Part shown: positions 38,860 to 49,557 of the stretch, piece by piece
Layout of the letters: the number at the start of each line of letters is the position of its first letter
Position numbering within the stretch: the stretch's first letter is position 1
Origin: Candidatus Poribacteria bacterium
GTDB taxonomy: Bacteria > Poribacteria > WGA-4E > WGA-3G
Direction: 5' to 3'
Length of the DNA stretch: 64,000 bases
Assembly (NCBI GenBank): GCA_963665235.2
Contig: CAXXLX010000002.1
Coordinates: 96,001-160,000, forward strand
Translations under genes and position numbers: made by a program
Notes under the pieces: generated by a model
Seen by the model: only the letters and a program-made list of their open reading frames with translations
What the model was told of the DNA's origin: nothing
Databases searched by the model: none

Positions 38860-39672
38860 ATGCTTACGCAAACCCAGGTCGACACCTTTCGTCAGAAAGG
38901 TTTTCTGCTCGGAAACCGTGTAATAACCGACGAACAGGTCGATGAATTGCGCACAGAACTAGCACGTGTCATCGACGCCTATGAAAAAACCGATGTCCCG
39001 CAGCCCGTCCGAATTGCCAACCTTGGCGGACGCGAAAAAAATCCTGTCTGGCAAATTGTTAATATTTGGGAAGCAAGCCACGCTTACAACCAGCTGATTT
39101 ACAACCCGATTATTGTCCAAGAAATCGCACAACTCACATCCGCAACAGAATTGCGTGTCTGGCACGACCAAATACAATACAAACCCCCACAAATCGGCGG
39201 AATCAATAAATGGCATCAAGATTCACCTCTCTGGGGAATTCTTATGCCAAAAACCAGTCAAGTAACCGCATGGGTCGCCTTAGACGACGTTGATGAAACC
39301 AACGGATGTATGCGTATGGTACCAGGCTCCTATCACTGGGGACCGCAAATGCGATTCCTCGGCAGCGTCGGAGACATCCATTCAATGCATGACCACTTTG
39401 AAGACCATCCGCTCTCCGTCGAACTCTGTCCCGTACCGAAAGGCCATGTCCATTACCATCACTCCTTGACATGGCACGGTTCGCATGACAACAACAGCAG
39501 CGGTCCGAGACGTGCAATCGCTGTCCATTATATGACAAGCGAAACCCGATACGATGGCAATGGCAATCACCTCATGAAACAGTTCGTCACCGTCAACGAT
39601 GGCGACAAATTAGCAGGAGAACATTTCCCACTCGTCATGGAAGCCGGCGTACCGACACCCCACACCCCATGA
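38860..39672 (+). CDS. PhyH family dioxygenase, paralog 1
   Basis: WHQD, VTAWVALDD, NGCMRMVPGSYHW, HGS..RRA. Confidence 0.9.
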   Translation: MLTQTQVDTFRQKGFLLGNRVITDEQVDELRTELARVIDAYEKTDVPQPVRIANLGGREKNPVWQIVNIWEASHAYNQLIYNPIIVQEIAQLTSATELRVWHDQIQYKPPQIGGINKWHQDSPLWGILMPKTSQVTAWVALDDVDETNGCMRMVPGSYHWGPQMRFLGSVGDIHSMHDHFEDHPLSVELCPVPKGHVHYHHSLTWHGSHDNNSSGPRRAIAVHYMTSETRYDGNGNHLMKQFVTVNDGDKLAGEHFPLVMEAGVPTPHTP

Positions 39673-39686
39673 ACCGGAGGCAGCTC

Positions 39687-39778
39687 GTAGGGGCGAGGTC
39701 TCCTCGCCCGCGTGCGTTCCGTAGGGTCGTGGTTTCCCCGCCCGCGTGCGTATCGTAGGGGCGAGGTCTCCTCGCCCG
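39687..39778. repeat. Three tandem GTAG-REPs (GTAGGGGCGAGGTCTCCTCGCCC type)
   Basis: Read directly; same family as the cas3 insertion. Confidence 0.85.
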
Positions 39779-39815
39779 CCAATAGCCAATAGCCAATTGC
39801 CACCAGGAGACAAAC

Positions 39816-40622
39816 ATGCTCAATCAAACTCAGGTCGATACATTCCTTCAAAAAGGTTTCCTACTCGGGAGCCGTGTCTTAAATGATGCACAAGTAGAAG
39901 AATTACAAACAGAATTAGCACGCGTCATTGACGACTACAAAAAAGACGACATCCCACAACCGGTTCACATAGCAAACCTCGGCGGTCGAGAAGAAACCCC
40001 AGTCTGGCAAATTGTTAATATTTGGGAAGCAAGCCACGCCTACAACCAGCTGATTTACAACCCGATTATTGTCCAAGAAATCGCACAACTCACATCCGCA
40101 ACAGAAGTACGCGTCTGGCACGACCAAATCCAATACAAACCCCCTGAAATCGGCGGCGTTAACATGTGGCACCAGGATTCACCCTACTGGCCAATTCTTA
40201 CACCGAAAACCAGCCAAGTGACCGCCTGGGTCGCCCTAGACGATGTCGATGAAGCCAACGGGTGTATGCGTATGGTCCCGGGCTCTTACCACTGGGGCAA
40301 TCAAATTTCGTTCCTCCATTCCGTCAAAGACATTCACTCAATGCCCACCCGATTTGAAGAGAACGAACTAGATGTCGAACTCTGTCCCGTACCGAAAGGC
40401 CATGTCCATTACCATCACTCCTTAACTTGGCACGGCTCCCATGACAACAGCAGTGGTCAGCCCCGGCGTGCAATCGCAGTCCATTATATGACAGGCGAAA
40501 CCCGCTACGATGCCAGCGGAAACCACGTGATGAAACAGTTCGTCACCGTCCAGGATGGCGATAAATTAGCAGGAGATAGCTTCCCACTTGTCATGCAAGC
40601 GGGAACGCCAACGCGCCCGTAA
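39816..40622 (+). CDS. PhyH family dioxygenase, paralog 2
   Basis: Highly similar to the 38860 gene, same motifs. Confidence 0.9.
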   Translation: MLNQTQVDTFLQKGFLLGSRVLNDAQVEELQTELARVIDDYKKDDIPQPVHIANLGGREETPVWQIVNIWEASHAYNQLIYNPIIVQEIAQLTSATEVRVWHDQIQYKPPEIGGVNMWHQDSPYWPILTPKTSQVTAWVALDDVDEANGCMRMVPGSYHWGNQISFLHSVKDIHSMPTRFEENELDVELCPVPKGHVHYHHSLTWHGSHDNSSGQPRRAIAVHYMTGETRYDASGNHVMKQFVTVQDGDKLAGDSFPLVMQAGTPTRP

Positions 40623-40644
40623 AAATCAAGTACAGGAGATATTT

Positions 40645-42279
40645 ATGAAAGTCGTTGATGCCATTGCAAAAGTCCTTAAAGCAGAGGGCGTGGAATACCT
40701 TTTTGCATATCCGGTTAACCCCATCATCGAAGCAGCAGCCAAAATCGATATCCGGCCCATCATCGTCCGGCAGGAACGTATCGGGTTACACATGGCAGAC
40801 GCAATCAGCCGAATGACCTCCGGCCAACAAATTGGCGTATTCTGCATGCAAAGCGGCCCCGGCTCCGAAAACGCATTCGGCGGCGTTGCCCAAGCCTACG
40901 GCGATTCCGCACCCATTGTCGTTTTACCCATGGGATATGCGCGACCGCTGTCCCAAATCCAACCCAACTTCAATTCCGCCCTGAACTATCGGCACGTAAC
41001 AAAGTCGTGCGAACAACTCACAGTACCAGAGGCACTGCCAGAAGTGATGCGGCGCGCCTTCACACAGGTCCGAAACGGTAGACCCAGACCTGCCCTTGTA
41101 GAAATTCCCGGCGACCTCATGTCGCAGGAAATTCCTGAACCCTTTGAACCCACACCGGTACCCAGAGTCCGATACGCACCCGACACCGCAGAAATTGAAG
41201 CAGTCGCAGACGCTTTAGTCAACGCAGAGCGGCCAGTTATCTATGCCGGGCAAGGTGTCCATTACGCCCAAGCATGGAACGCACTCAAAGAATTGGCGGA
41301 GCTCCTTGCAGCCCCTGTCACAACAAGTCTCGGCGGAAAAAGTGCTTTTCCGGAAGAACATCCCTTAGCCCTCGGCTCAGGCGGACGTTCTGTTCCGAAA
41401 CCGGTACATCACTTCCTCCAAAACACCGACCTCCTTTTCGGTATCGGTTGCAGTTTCAGTAGAACAAACTTCGGCGTTAGAATCCCGCAAGGCACACCTG
41501 TCATCCATGCAACGTTAGACCCGGCAGATATCAACAAAGATGTCCCAGTCGAAGCCGCACTCGTCGGCGATGCCCGGTTAACCTTAGAGGGGCTCCTTGA
41601 AGCCGTTCGCGAACGGACCACCGGCACAACCCATAGCCGAACTGCTATTGTCACCGAAGAAATTCGTAATGTCAAAGCCGAATGGCTCCAACAGTGGATG
41701 CCCAAACTCACCTCCGATGAAGTGCCGATGACACCCTATCGCGTCATCTGGGACCTCCTACACACCGTCGACGTTAAAAACACCATTATCACACATGATG
41801 CGGGGAGCCCACGTGACCAACTTTCGCCATTTTGGCACTGTATCACGCCACTCTCCTATATCGGTTGGGGAAAAACAACGCAGCTTGGCTACGGACTTGG
41901 GCTAGCGATGGGCGCGAAACTTGCAAAACCCGACGCGCTCTGCATTAACGTCTGGGGCGATGCCGCCATCGGTTTCACAGGCATGGACTTCGAAACCGCC
42001 GTCCGAGAACGCATCCCCATCCTCTCAATCCTTTTCAACAATTTCTCCATGGCAATCGAAATTCCCATTATGCCCATCTCCACCGAAAAATACCGGTCCA
42101 CAGATATATCCGGCAACTACGCAGACATGGCAAAAGCCTTCGGCGGTTACGGCGAACGCGTCGAAACACCCGACCAAATCATACCCGCCATCCAGCGCGG
42201 CATTCAAAAAACCCAAGAAGGTACACCAGCACTGCTTGAATTCCTCACGGCAAAAGAAATTGAGATTTCCAAATTCTAA
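40645..42279 (+). CDS. Thiamine pyrophosphate-dependent enzyme (acetolactate synthase-like superfamily)
   Basis: RBS AGGAG before MKVVDA; VRQERIGLHMADA, SGPG, and GDAA..NN TPP motif. Confidence 0.9.
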   Translation: MKVVDAIAKVLKAEGVEYLFAYPVNPIIEAAAKIDIRPIIVRQERIGLHMADAISRMTSGQQIGVFCMQSGPGSENAFGGVAQAYGDSAPIVVLPMGYARPLSQIQPNFNSALNYRHVTKSCEQLTVPEALPEVMRRAFTQVRNGRPRPALVEIPGDLMSQEIPEPFEPTPVPRVRYAPDTAEIEAVADALVNAERPVIYAGQGVHYAQAWNALKELAELLAAPVTTSLGGKSAFPEEHPLALGSGGRSVPKPVHHFLQNTDLLFGIGCSFSRTNFGVRIPQGTPVIHATLDPADINKDVPVEAALVGDARLTLEGLLEAVRERTTGTTHSRTAIVTEEIRNVKAEWLQQWMPKLTSDEVPMTPYRVIWDLLHTVDVKNTIITHDAGSPRDQLSPFWHCITPLSYIGWGKTTQLGYGLGLAMGAKLAKPDALCINVWGDAAIGFTGMDFETAVRERIPILSILFNNFSMAIEIPIMPISTEKYRSTDISGNYADMAKAFGGYGERVETPDQIIPAIQRGIQKTQEGTPALLEFLTAKEIEISKF

Positions 42280-42293
42280 AAAGGAGTTTTCAA

Positions 42294-43088
42294 ATGAAAC
42301 ATCTTATAACTCTTCTCCTTATCGTTCTAACCCTCAGCTTCAACGCCTGGGCAATCAACAACGACAAGGCGCTCATGCTATACCTCCCATTTGACGAAGG
42401 CAACGGAGACACAGCCAAAGATGCAAGTGGGAATAACCTCGAAGCCAAACTTCACGGCGCAACCTGGTCTGACGAAGGCAAAATAGGCGGTTGCATACAC
42501 CTTCCGGATACTGCAAAGTATTTGGAAATCGAATCCGTACCTGAACTCGACATTACAGACGAAATCACAATCCAAGCCTGGTTTTTCCCAGAACAGAACC
42601 AAGGCGACTCTAACCTAATGGGACGTAGAACAGCAGCCAACCTCGGAGGGTATTGTCTTCAGTGGAGTTCAAATCCCACCGGATTCCCACAAATTGAGAC
42701 ATGGATGAACGTCGGGGGTGGATGGCAGGGTTCACGAAACAAACAGACCATTAAGCCTGCGTTGAACGAGTGGCATCATGTCTCCTCCACCTTTGATGGC
42801 GACATGATTCGACAATATATAGATGGCGAATTGGATGTAGAATTTAAACCACCTGGTAAAAACATCCACAGCGTCGACATCGTCTTCCGCATCGGCAAAT
42901 CCCAGACAGGACTTGCTGGCACAGTATGCCGTATTGATGAGGTCGCCATTTACAACCGTGCCCTCTCCGCCGATGAAATTAACCAAGACATGAATAAAGG
43001 CGTGACCTTTGCCGTATCCCCCGGTGACAAACTCGCCACAACCTGGGGCAATTTAAAACTCGTAGGGGCTGGGTCTCCCCGTCCGTAG
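42294..43088 (+). CDS. Secreted LamG-like jellyroll protein
   Basis: Signal peptide; YLPFDEG..DAS..WHHV...IDEVAIYNRALS; tail AVSPGDKLATTWGNLK. Confidence 0.85.
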   Translation: MKHLITLLLIVLTLSFNAWAINNDKALMLYLPFDEGNGDTAKDASGNNLEAKLHGATWSDEGKIGGCIHLPDTAKYLEIESVPELDITDEITIQAWFFPEQNQGDSNLMGRRTAANLGGYCLQWSSNPTGFPQIETWMNVGGGWQGSRNKQTIKPALNEWHHVSSTFDGDMIRQYIDGELDVEFKPPGKNIHSVDIVFRIGKSQTGLAGTVCRIDEVAIYNRALSADEINQDMNKGVTFAVSPGDKLATTWGNLKLVGAGSPRP

Positions 43089-43165
43089 GGGCTTATAACA
43101 CGACGGGCCTCCGGACCCGTCTATCCTCTAAACCTGTTAAGCTTCTTCCTAAGGAGGAAACATTC

Positions 43166-43954
43166 ATGAAAACCTACACGCTCATGATACTCACTATTTT
43201 TCTAAGCTTCACTTTCTGCCCAACAGGATTCACCGCAGGCGGAAAAGGGAACGTAAAACAACTTGGCGAAAAACTCTATATCTGGCATTTCGACGAAGGT
43301 GCTGGAAAAGAGACCGAAGACTCCACCGCCGGCTTAGTCGGTCAATTCCATGGCGATGTGACGTGGACTGAAGGCGTTGCGAACAGAGCCGTCCAAATGG
43401 CAGGCACAGCAGGCGATGCCGCCTTTATAGAGATACCTCATTCCGATGAAATTGATATAGACGAAGCCATTACCATGATGGCGTGGATTTACCTAGACGA
43501 ACTGCCCGCCGGTGGGCAGGAGAACAAAGGCACCATCTTCTACAAAAACACCTACTATTTACAAGTTGAACCAGGGGCAGGGCAACTCGCCTACTACTTC
43601 TACGACACCGACAACCCCGGCTACCATATTTCCGATGGCAGGTTAAAGGCGAAGGAGTGGACACATGTTGCTGTTGTTTGGAACGGAACAGAAGCCCGGT
43701 TCTATATCAACGGCGAGCATGATGGCAAAGTCATCCCTCAAAAAGGGGTTGGCAGAAGTTCACCGAATAAAACCCTGCGACTTGGCGGTGAGAACAATGC
43801 GTGTTGTCCCCGGTTCTTCCAGGGCCGCATGGATGAGGTCATGTTAGCCAACTATCCGTTGTCTGAAGCCGACATCCAAAAAATCGTCAAAGAGACACTT
43901 GATGTTTCCGCCCGTGGCAAATTAGCACTTACCTGGGCCCATCTAAAATTGTAG
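43166..43954 (+). CDS. Secreted LamG-like jellyroll protein
   Basis: Signal peptide; WHFDEG..WTHVAVVW..GRMDEV; tail DVSARGKLALTWAHLK. Confidence 0.85.
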   Translation: MKTYTLMILTIFLSFTFCPTGFTAGGKGNVKQLGEKLYIWHFDEGAGKETEDSTAGLVGQFHGDVTWTEGVANRAVQMAGTAGDAAFIEIPHSDEIDIDEAITMMAWIYLDELPAGGQENKGTIFYKNTYYLQVEPGAGQLAYYFYDTDNPGYHISDGRLKAKEWTHVAVVWNGTEARFYINGEHDGKVIPQKGVGRSSPNKTLRLGGENNACCPRFFQGRMDEVMLANYPLSEADIQKIVKETLDVSARGKLALTWAHLKL

Positions 43955-46260
43955 GGTTGTGCTGTTCCCGCGATGTTTTTCTTCTGTAGGAGCGTGCTGT
44001 TCCCGCGATGTTTTTCTTCTGTAGGAGCGTGCTTCGCACGCGATATTCTTTCTCTTCTGATGAATTTTGACGTTCAAGTTGGGTATTCGTAGGGGCGTGG
44101 TCTCCATGCCCGAGCTACAGAAACTCGCAAACCAAGCAGGTTGGGGAGCCCAACCCCTACGTATCCAATTACCGATTTTGATTGTCAAATTTGATTAGAC
44201 GAGATCCCTCCCCCATTATCCTCTGTTCGGAAAATATAAGAAAACACAATATCGTAGGGGCTAGGTCCCCTCGCCTGCTATCCTTTGTCCGGAAAATATA
44301 GGAAAACGCAATTCTGACAAAAAATGCGTAGATGTTAGCAACATCCCTCTTTTTCCGCGTCCTCTGCGTTCTCCGTGCTAATCCGCGATACAGACAAAAA
44401 AGATGTAGCATAAGCACAAAAACTTTACGCACTATTCCAAACTGGTTCGATTAAAAGATTTTGGGGTTAAGTGCTATAACCTCGTTTAGAATTGTTTCTA
44501 TTCCAAACTGGTTCGATTAAAAGACGCGGTCTCCTCCGTGGCGCGAACCTGATACGGGTTTCTATTCCAAACTGGTTCGATTAAAACGAGAAATATGATG
44601 CATTATCGCGTGTTTCTAGAAGCCACTGGTTCGACGTAAAAGGTGAGAACACGCTAATTACAGTGATAAAAAAACAAAGTTTCTATTCCAAACTGGTTCG
44701 ATTAAAAGGAAACCTATCCAAGCTGCCGTTAAAAAAGCAGTTACGTTTCTATTCCAAACTGGTTCGATTAAAAGTGATTCGTGATGCACGTGACCGCCAT
44801 AGATACGCGTATATGTTTCTATTCCAAACTGGTTCGATTAAAAGCACAATCGATTCAGGCGTTTTTCTTGATGGCAGGACGACGTTTCTATTCCAAACTG
44901 GTTCGATTAAAAGTGACGGATACCCAGACACGCCGAGGTGAAGTGCAATAGTTTCTATTCCAAACTGGTTCGATTAAAAGTCTGCAATCATTGCGAGGCG
45001 ATAAATGTGTGTTCCGGTTTCTATTCCAAACTGGTTCGATTAAAAGTCATCAAACTGAATAAAACCTCTAACACCATGCCCGTTTCTATTCCAAACTGGT
45101 TCGATTAAAAGGTTTTGTGACTCGTTAACCCCCAAGGGCCGTGTAATCAGTTTCTATTCCAAACTGGTTCGATTAAAAGATGACACACTTGTTATCCAAT
45201 CTGTCGCTGCGGAGTTTCTATTCCAAACTGGTTCGATTAAAAGTAAGAAATCGCGGCTTCAGTTGGGTTCGTTGATAGGCGTTTCTATTCCAAACTGGTT
45301 CGATTAAAAGATTATCCGAGTGGCACGATTCGGTATATATCTTTATAGTTTCTATTCCAAACTGGTTCGATTAAAAGTCCATGGCTTGAAAGACGCGTTG
45401 AATAATTTCTTCAGTTTCTATTCCAAACTGGTTCGATTAAAAGCAAGACTTAGCCCCCGCCACCAGCAGCATGCATTCTTGGTTTCTATTCCAAACTGGT
45501 TCGATTAAAAGTCGAGAAAGGACATTGGAGTTGGCAAATGCTCGCACTAGTTTCTATTCCAAACTGGTTCGATTAAAAGTGAGGAGAAAGTTTTAGAGAA
45601 ATGTCGTCAACTCATAAGTTTCTATTCCAAACTGGTTCGATTAAAAGTCGAAGAGCTTGAAAACCTCCTCGACGAATGGATTCGTTTCTATTCCAAACTG
45701 GTTCGATTAAAAGTAACACCAGCAACCGACCTGGACACGTCCCTAAACTGTCGTTTCTATTCCAAACTGGTTCGATTAAAAGGTATAGCGTTCCGAAACT
45801 TATTCTAAAACCATGAGTTTCTATTCCAAACTGGTTCGATTAAAAGTCAGTTGATGACACCTATCAGAGATAAACAGGCGCGTTTCTATTCCAAACTGGT
45901 TCGATTAAAAGTCAACTTCAAACTCGTTGAGTATTAGAGACCTTATCAAGTTTCTATTCCAAACTGGTTCGATTAAAAGTTTGCGGGCACTGCACAGCAA
46001 ACACCCCCGCCTCCAGGTTTCTATTCCAAACTGGTTCGATTAAAAGATATACTCAATTCATCACATAACTCCGATTTTAACACGTTTCTATTCCAAACTG
46101 GTTCGATTAAAAGATACTGCCCCGTAACCCTGATATGGTAGCACTTGCCGAGTTTCTATTCCAAACTGGTTCGATTAAAAGAAAGCTTTAGAAAAAGCAA
46201 AAGCACTTGAAGCACTGTTTCTATTCCAAACTGGTTCGATTAAAAGCGCCAGAGGAGCTA

Positions 46261-47491
46261 GTGCTAGGTCATGCGGTAATTGACGGGTAAAGTTTTTTGA
46301 GTTTTATACGTGCATCGTCAGTTGTAAACCGCCAACTTATATCGGCACGTTGTTCGTTTCTTCGGTCTTGCCACGCCCGTATCTCCTTCTTTAGGGTCTC
46401 TTGGTCAGCGATCCGCTTTGAAAGACAGCCGCGGGATAGCACCGATAGTTCAATCTCCGCCATATTCAACCAACTGCCATGCTTCGGGGTATAGTGAAAC
46501 TCAAGTCTTTTCGCAATACGCCGGGCTTCAGCCGGTTCAAAAGCTTTATACAGCGAAGCGGTTTTATGTGTGTTGAGATTGTCACAAACGAGTGTAATCT
46601 TTTCAGCCTCCGGAAAATGGACATCCACTAGGTCTCGGCAAATGAAGGCAAAGTCAATGCTTGTGCGTCTGTCGGTTACCTCAACGTGCCGAAATCCGTC
46701 AAAGGGTGCGAAAATCATGAACAGATTACTCACACCATTTCGCTGGTATTGATAATCATATCGGAGCGGAGCCCCTTCAACCATGGGTAAAGGGCTTCGG
46801 GTTTCTTTGATGTGTTGTTTACTTGTTTCATCAACACAAACTACAGGATTTTTGGTATCTTGTGGACGCTGATAGACTTCGAGAACATCCTCCATCGCTG
46901 CAACGAACTCCGCATTTGATTCGGGAGGAATACACCATTGCTTTTTTAGCCAAGGTCTAAGTTCGTTTTTTTTAGGACCCGGCGTATGGTCTCGTGAGAT
47001 ATGCTATCAAAATGTTCCAACTCCACCATCTTTTCCGCTAACAGCCGAAGCGTCCATCTCGCACACCCCTCTGGCGGTTCCGAGCAAACTAAAGCGATAA
47101 GATGTGCTTCTTTTTCACCATCAAACTTTTTGCCTGGGGTGTCTGAACGCTTTTTCGGGTTGAGTGCGGCTGTGAGGTTTTCAAGCACAAAGGCTTTACG
47201 GGTTCTCTCAATAGTCGGTATTGAAACTTCAACAGCCTCTTTTATTTTATCATCGGTGTAGGCGGGTCCGAACTCGCCTTCATCGGCTTTCAATAGGATC
47301 CGGGCACGGGTAAGTTTGCGTGCCGATTCTTTCCCAGAAGATATCAGAGTAATGAGATAATCTCGTTGGGACTGATCAAGAATGACTTGATATTGTTTTG
47401 CTGCCATAATAGACTCCAAGTTATGAATAATCACTTGAGTCTCATTATACCATTTTTATCAATAACTATCAAGCAGCTGTTGACTAAACAC
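46261..47491 (-). mobile_element. IS630-family element inserted in a CRISPR spacer
   Basis: TA duplication (46259-46260, 47492-47493); TIRs GTGCTAGGTCA / TGACTAAACAC; removing it restores a 36-bp spacer. Confidence 0.92.
46269..47407 (-). CDS. IS630 transposase in two ORFs (HTH ORF 46946-47407/47434; DDE ORF 46269-46895), probably joined by frameshift
   Basis: RARILLKAD..RWTLRLLA; CVDE, VCDNLNTH, YTPKHGSWLNMAEIE; A7 run at the junction. Confidence 0.85.
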
Positions 47492-49292
47492 TAGGCGACA
47501 GATACAACCATTTGCGTTTCTATTCCAAACTGGTTCGATTAAAAGGCAATGAATCTCATTATCTCGCTTGCCATATTTTCGGTTTCTATTCCAAACTGGT
47601 TCGATTAAAAGGTCTCCGTCCCCGTTCGCTGTCCGCTACGACGCGCGGTTTCTATTCCAAACTGGTTCGATTAAAAGTCACACGCACATCTAAACTCTGT
47701 GCAGGTATATCCGCGTTTCTATTCCAAACTGGTTCGATTAAAAGTGTTTCCATCTGTGGGAAGCCTCTCGTAGATGCTCCGTTTCTATTCCAAACTGGTT
47801 CGATTAAAAGCTTGCAATTGGGTTCACAAGCTGCGTTTAGTATAAGTTTCTATTCCAAACTGGTTCGATTAAAAGGGGACATGAAGACGATTTGTATGCG
47901 GACTGGCAAAATGGTTTCTATTCCAAACTGGTTCGATTAAAAGTTGTGGTCGTTTCTTTGACGAGGACGTAGCGGATCGTTTCTATTCCAAACTGGTTCG
48001 ATTAAAAGCTTGCTGGAGGTGGTGCCCGGAGGTGTGCGATGTTGCCGTTTCTATTCCAAACTGGTTCGATTAAAAGCTCTGTCCTCCTATACCTGTTTCT
48101 CGGATATATTGAGTTTCTATTCCAAACTGGTTCGATTAAAAGGCTTCATCTATGAAAAAGATTACCAAAGCGAATCTGCTTGGTTTCTATTCCAAACTGG
48201 TTCGATTAAAAGTTGTTTCCTGTGACTGGGTATTCCTTGCTGGGGTTACCGTTTCTATTCCAAACTGGTTCGATTAAAAGTCATCGTTAAACAAAGCACG
48301 TGAATTGTTAATAGAGTTTCTATTCCAAACTGGTTCGATTAAAAGGGTGTGATACTTGTAGCTATTTTACAGCTTATTTTCTGAGTTTCTATTCCAAACT
48401 GGTTCGATTAAAAGTCTTTGCGTTGCTGCTCTGTGATTTCCGTATCACCTTGTTTCTATTCCAAACTGGTTCGATTAAAAGGATACTCACACCGAATAAA
48501 ATCGTGATTCACTAATTCTGTTTCTATTCCAAACTGGTTCGATTAAAAGACTGTTGAGTATTGCATTAAATGAGATTGTATTCCGTTTCTATTCCAAACT
48601 GGTTCGATTAAAAGAATTGAGATGGCAGCAACACACGTTCGGGATGCAAAGTTTCTATTCCAAACTGGTTCGATTAAAAGGGAGGTTTGGAAATGGGTTT
48701 TTACACAGTGGACACAGGTTTCTATTCCAAACTGGTTCGATTAAAAGTCGTGGCCAACGGGGCCACAATCGTGTCAGGCAGAAGAGTTTCTATTCCAAAC
48801 TGGTTCGATTAAAAGCAATGTGATGATACGCAGTATCAATGCAATGTGGCGTTTCTATTCCAAACTGGTTCGATTAAAAGGAATGCTCGTCCTCGTAAGG
48901 TGCCTGCGTATAAGAAGTTTCTATTCCAAACTGGTTCGATTAAAAGGAATATCGCTGCTATGGAGAATAATCTAAAGTTGTGTTTCTATTCCAAACTGGT
49001 TCGATTAAAAGTCCTCCTCCGGGTCTGGGGCTGGCACGCCTACGTGTATGTTTCTATTCCAAACTGGTTCGATTAAAAGTCTACGGACAACTGAAACCGC
49101 CATCCCTTAATGGCGCGTTTCTATTCCAAACTGGTTCGATTAAAAGTCAATTCCGCCTATGGTAACCACTATGGACATCGCAGTATGTTTCTATTCCAAA
49201 CTGGTTCGATTAAAAGGTAAGGAACTAGCGAAAGTTTCCAGAACGTGACGCATAGAAATCCGCGTTTCTATTCCAAACTGGTTCGATTAAAA

Positions 49293-49557
49293 CCGATGTT
49301 GAAACATCACGCGGCCTACCATTGGACGATAGAAAACAAATCACACTGGGTTCGTGATGTCGTTTTAGGAGAGGATGCCTCAAAAGTGAGAACAGGCAGT
49401 ATCCCCCAAGTCATGGCAGCTTTACGCAACACCGCACTGGCGGTCTTACGATTTGCTGGGTATACCAAAATCTCCGAGACAATACGATCTTTCGCCGCAA
49501 AACCTAAACTCGCAGTTAACCTCATCACATGAAAATTCTTAAAACTAAATGGCCCTG
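49293..49557 (+). mobile_element. ISAs1-family transposase 3' fragment with right TIR, inside the array
   Basis: HWTIENKSHWVRDVVLGED..LRNTAL motif; ends AAAACTAAATGGCCCTG. Confidence 0.85.
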
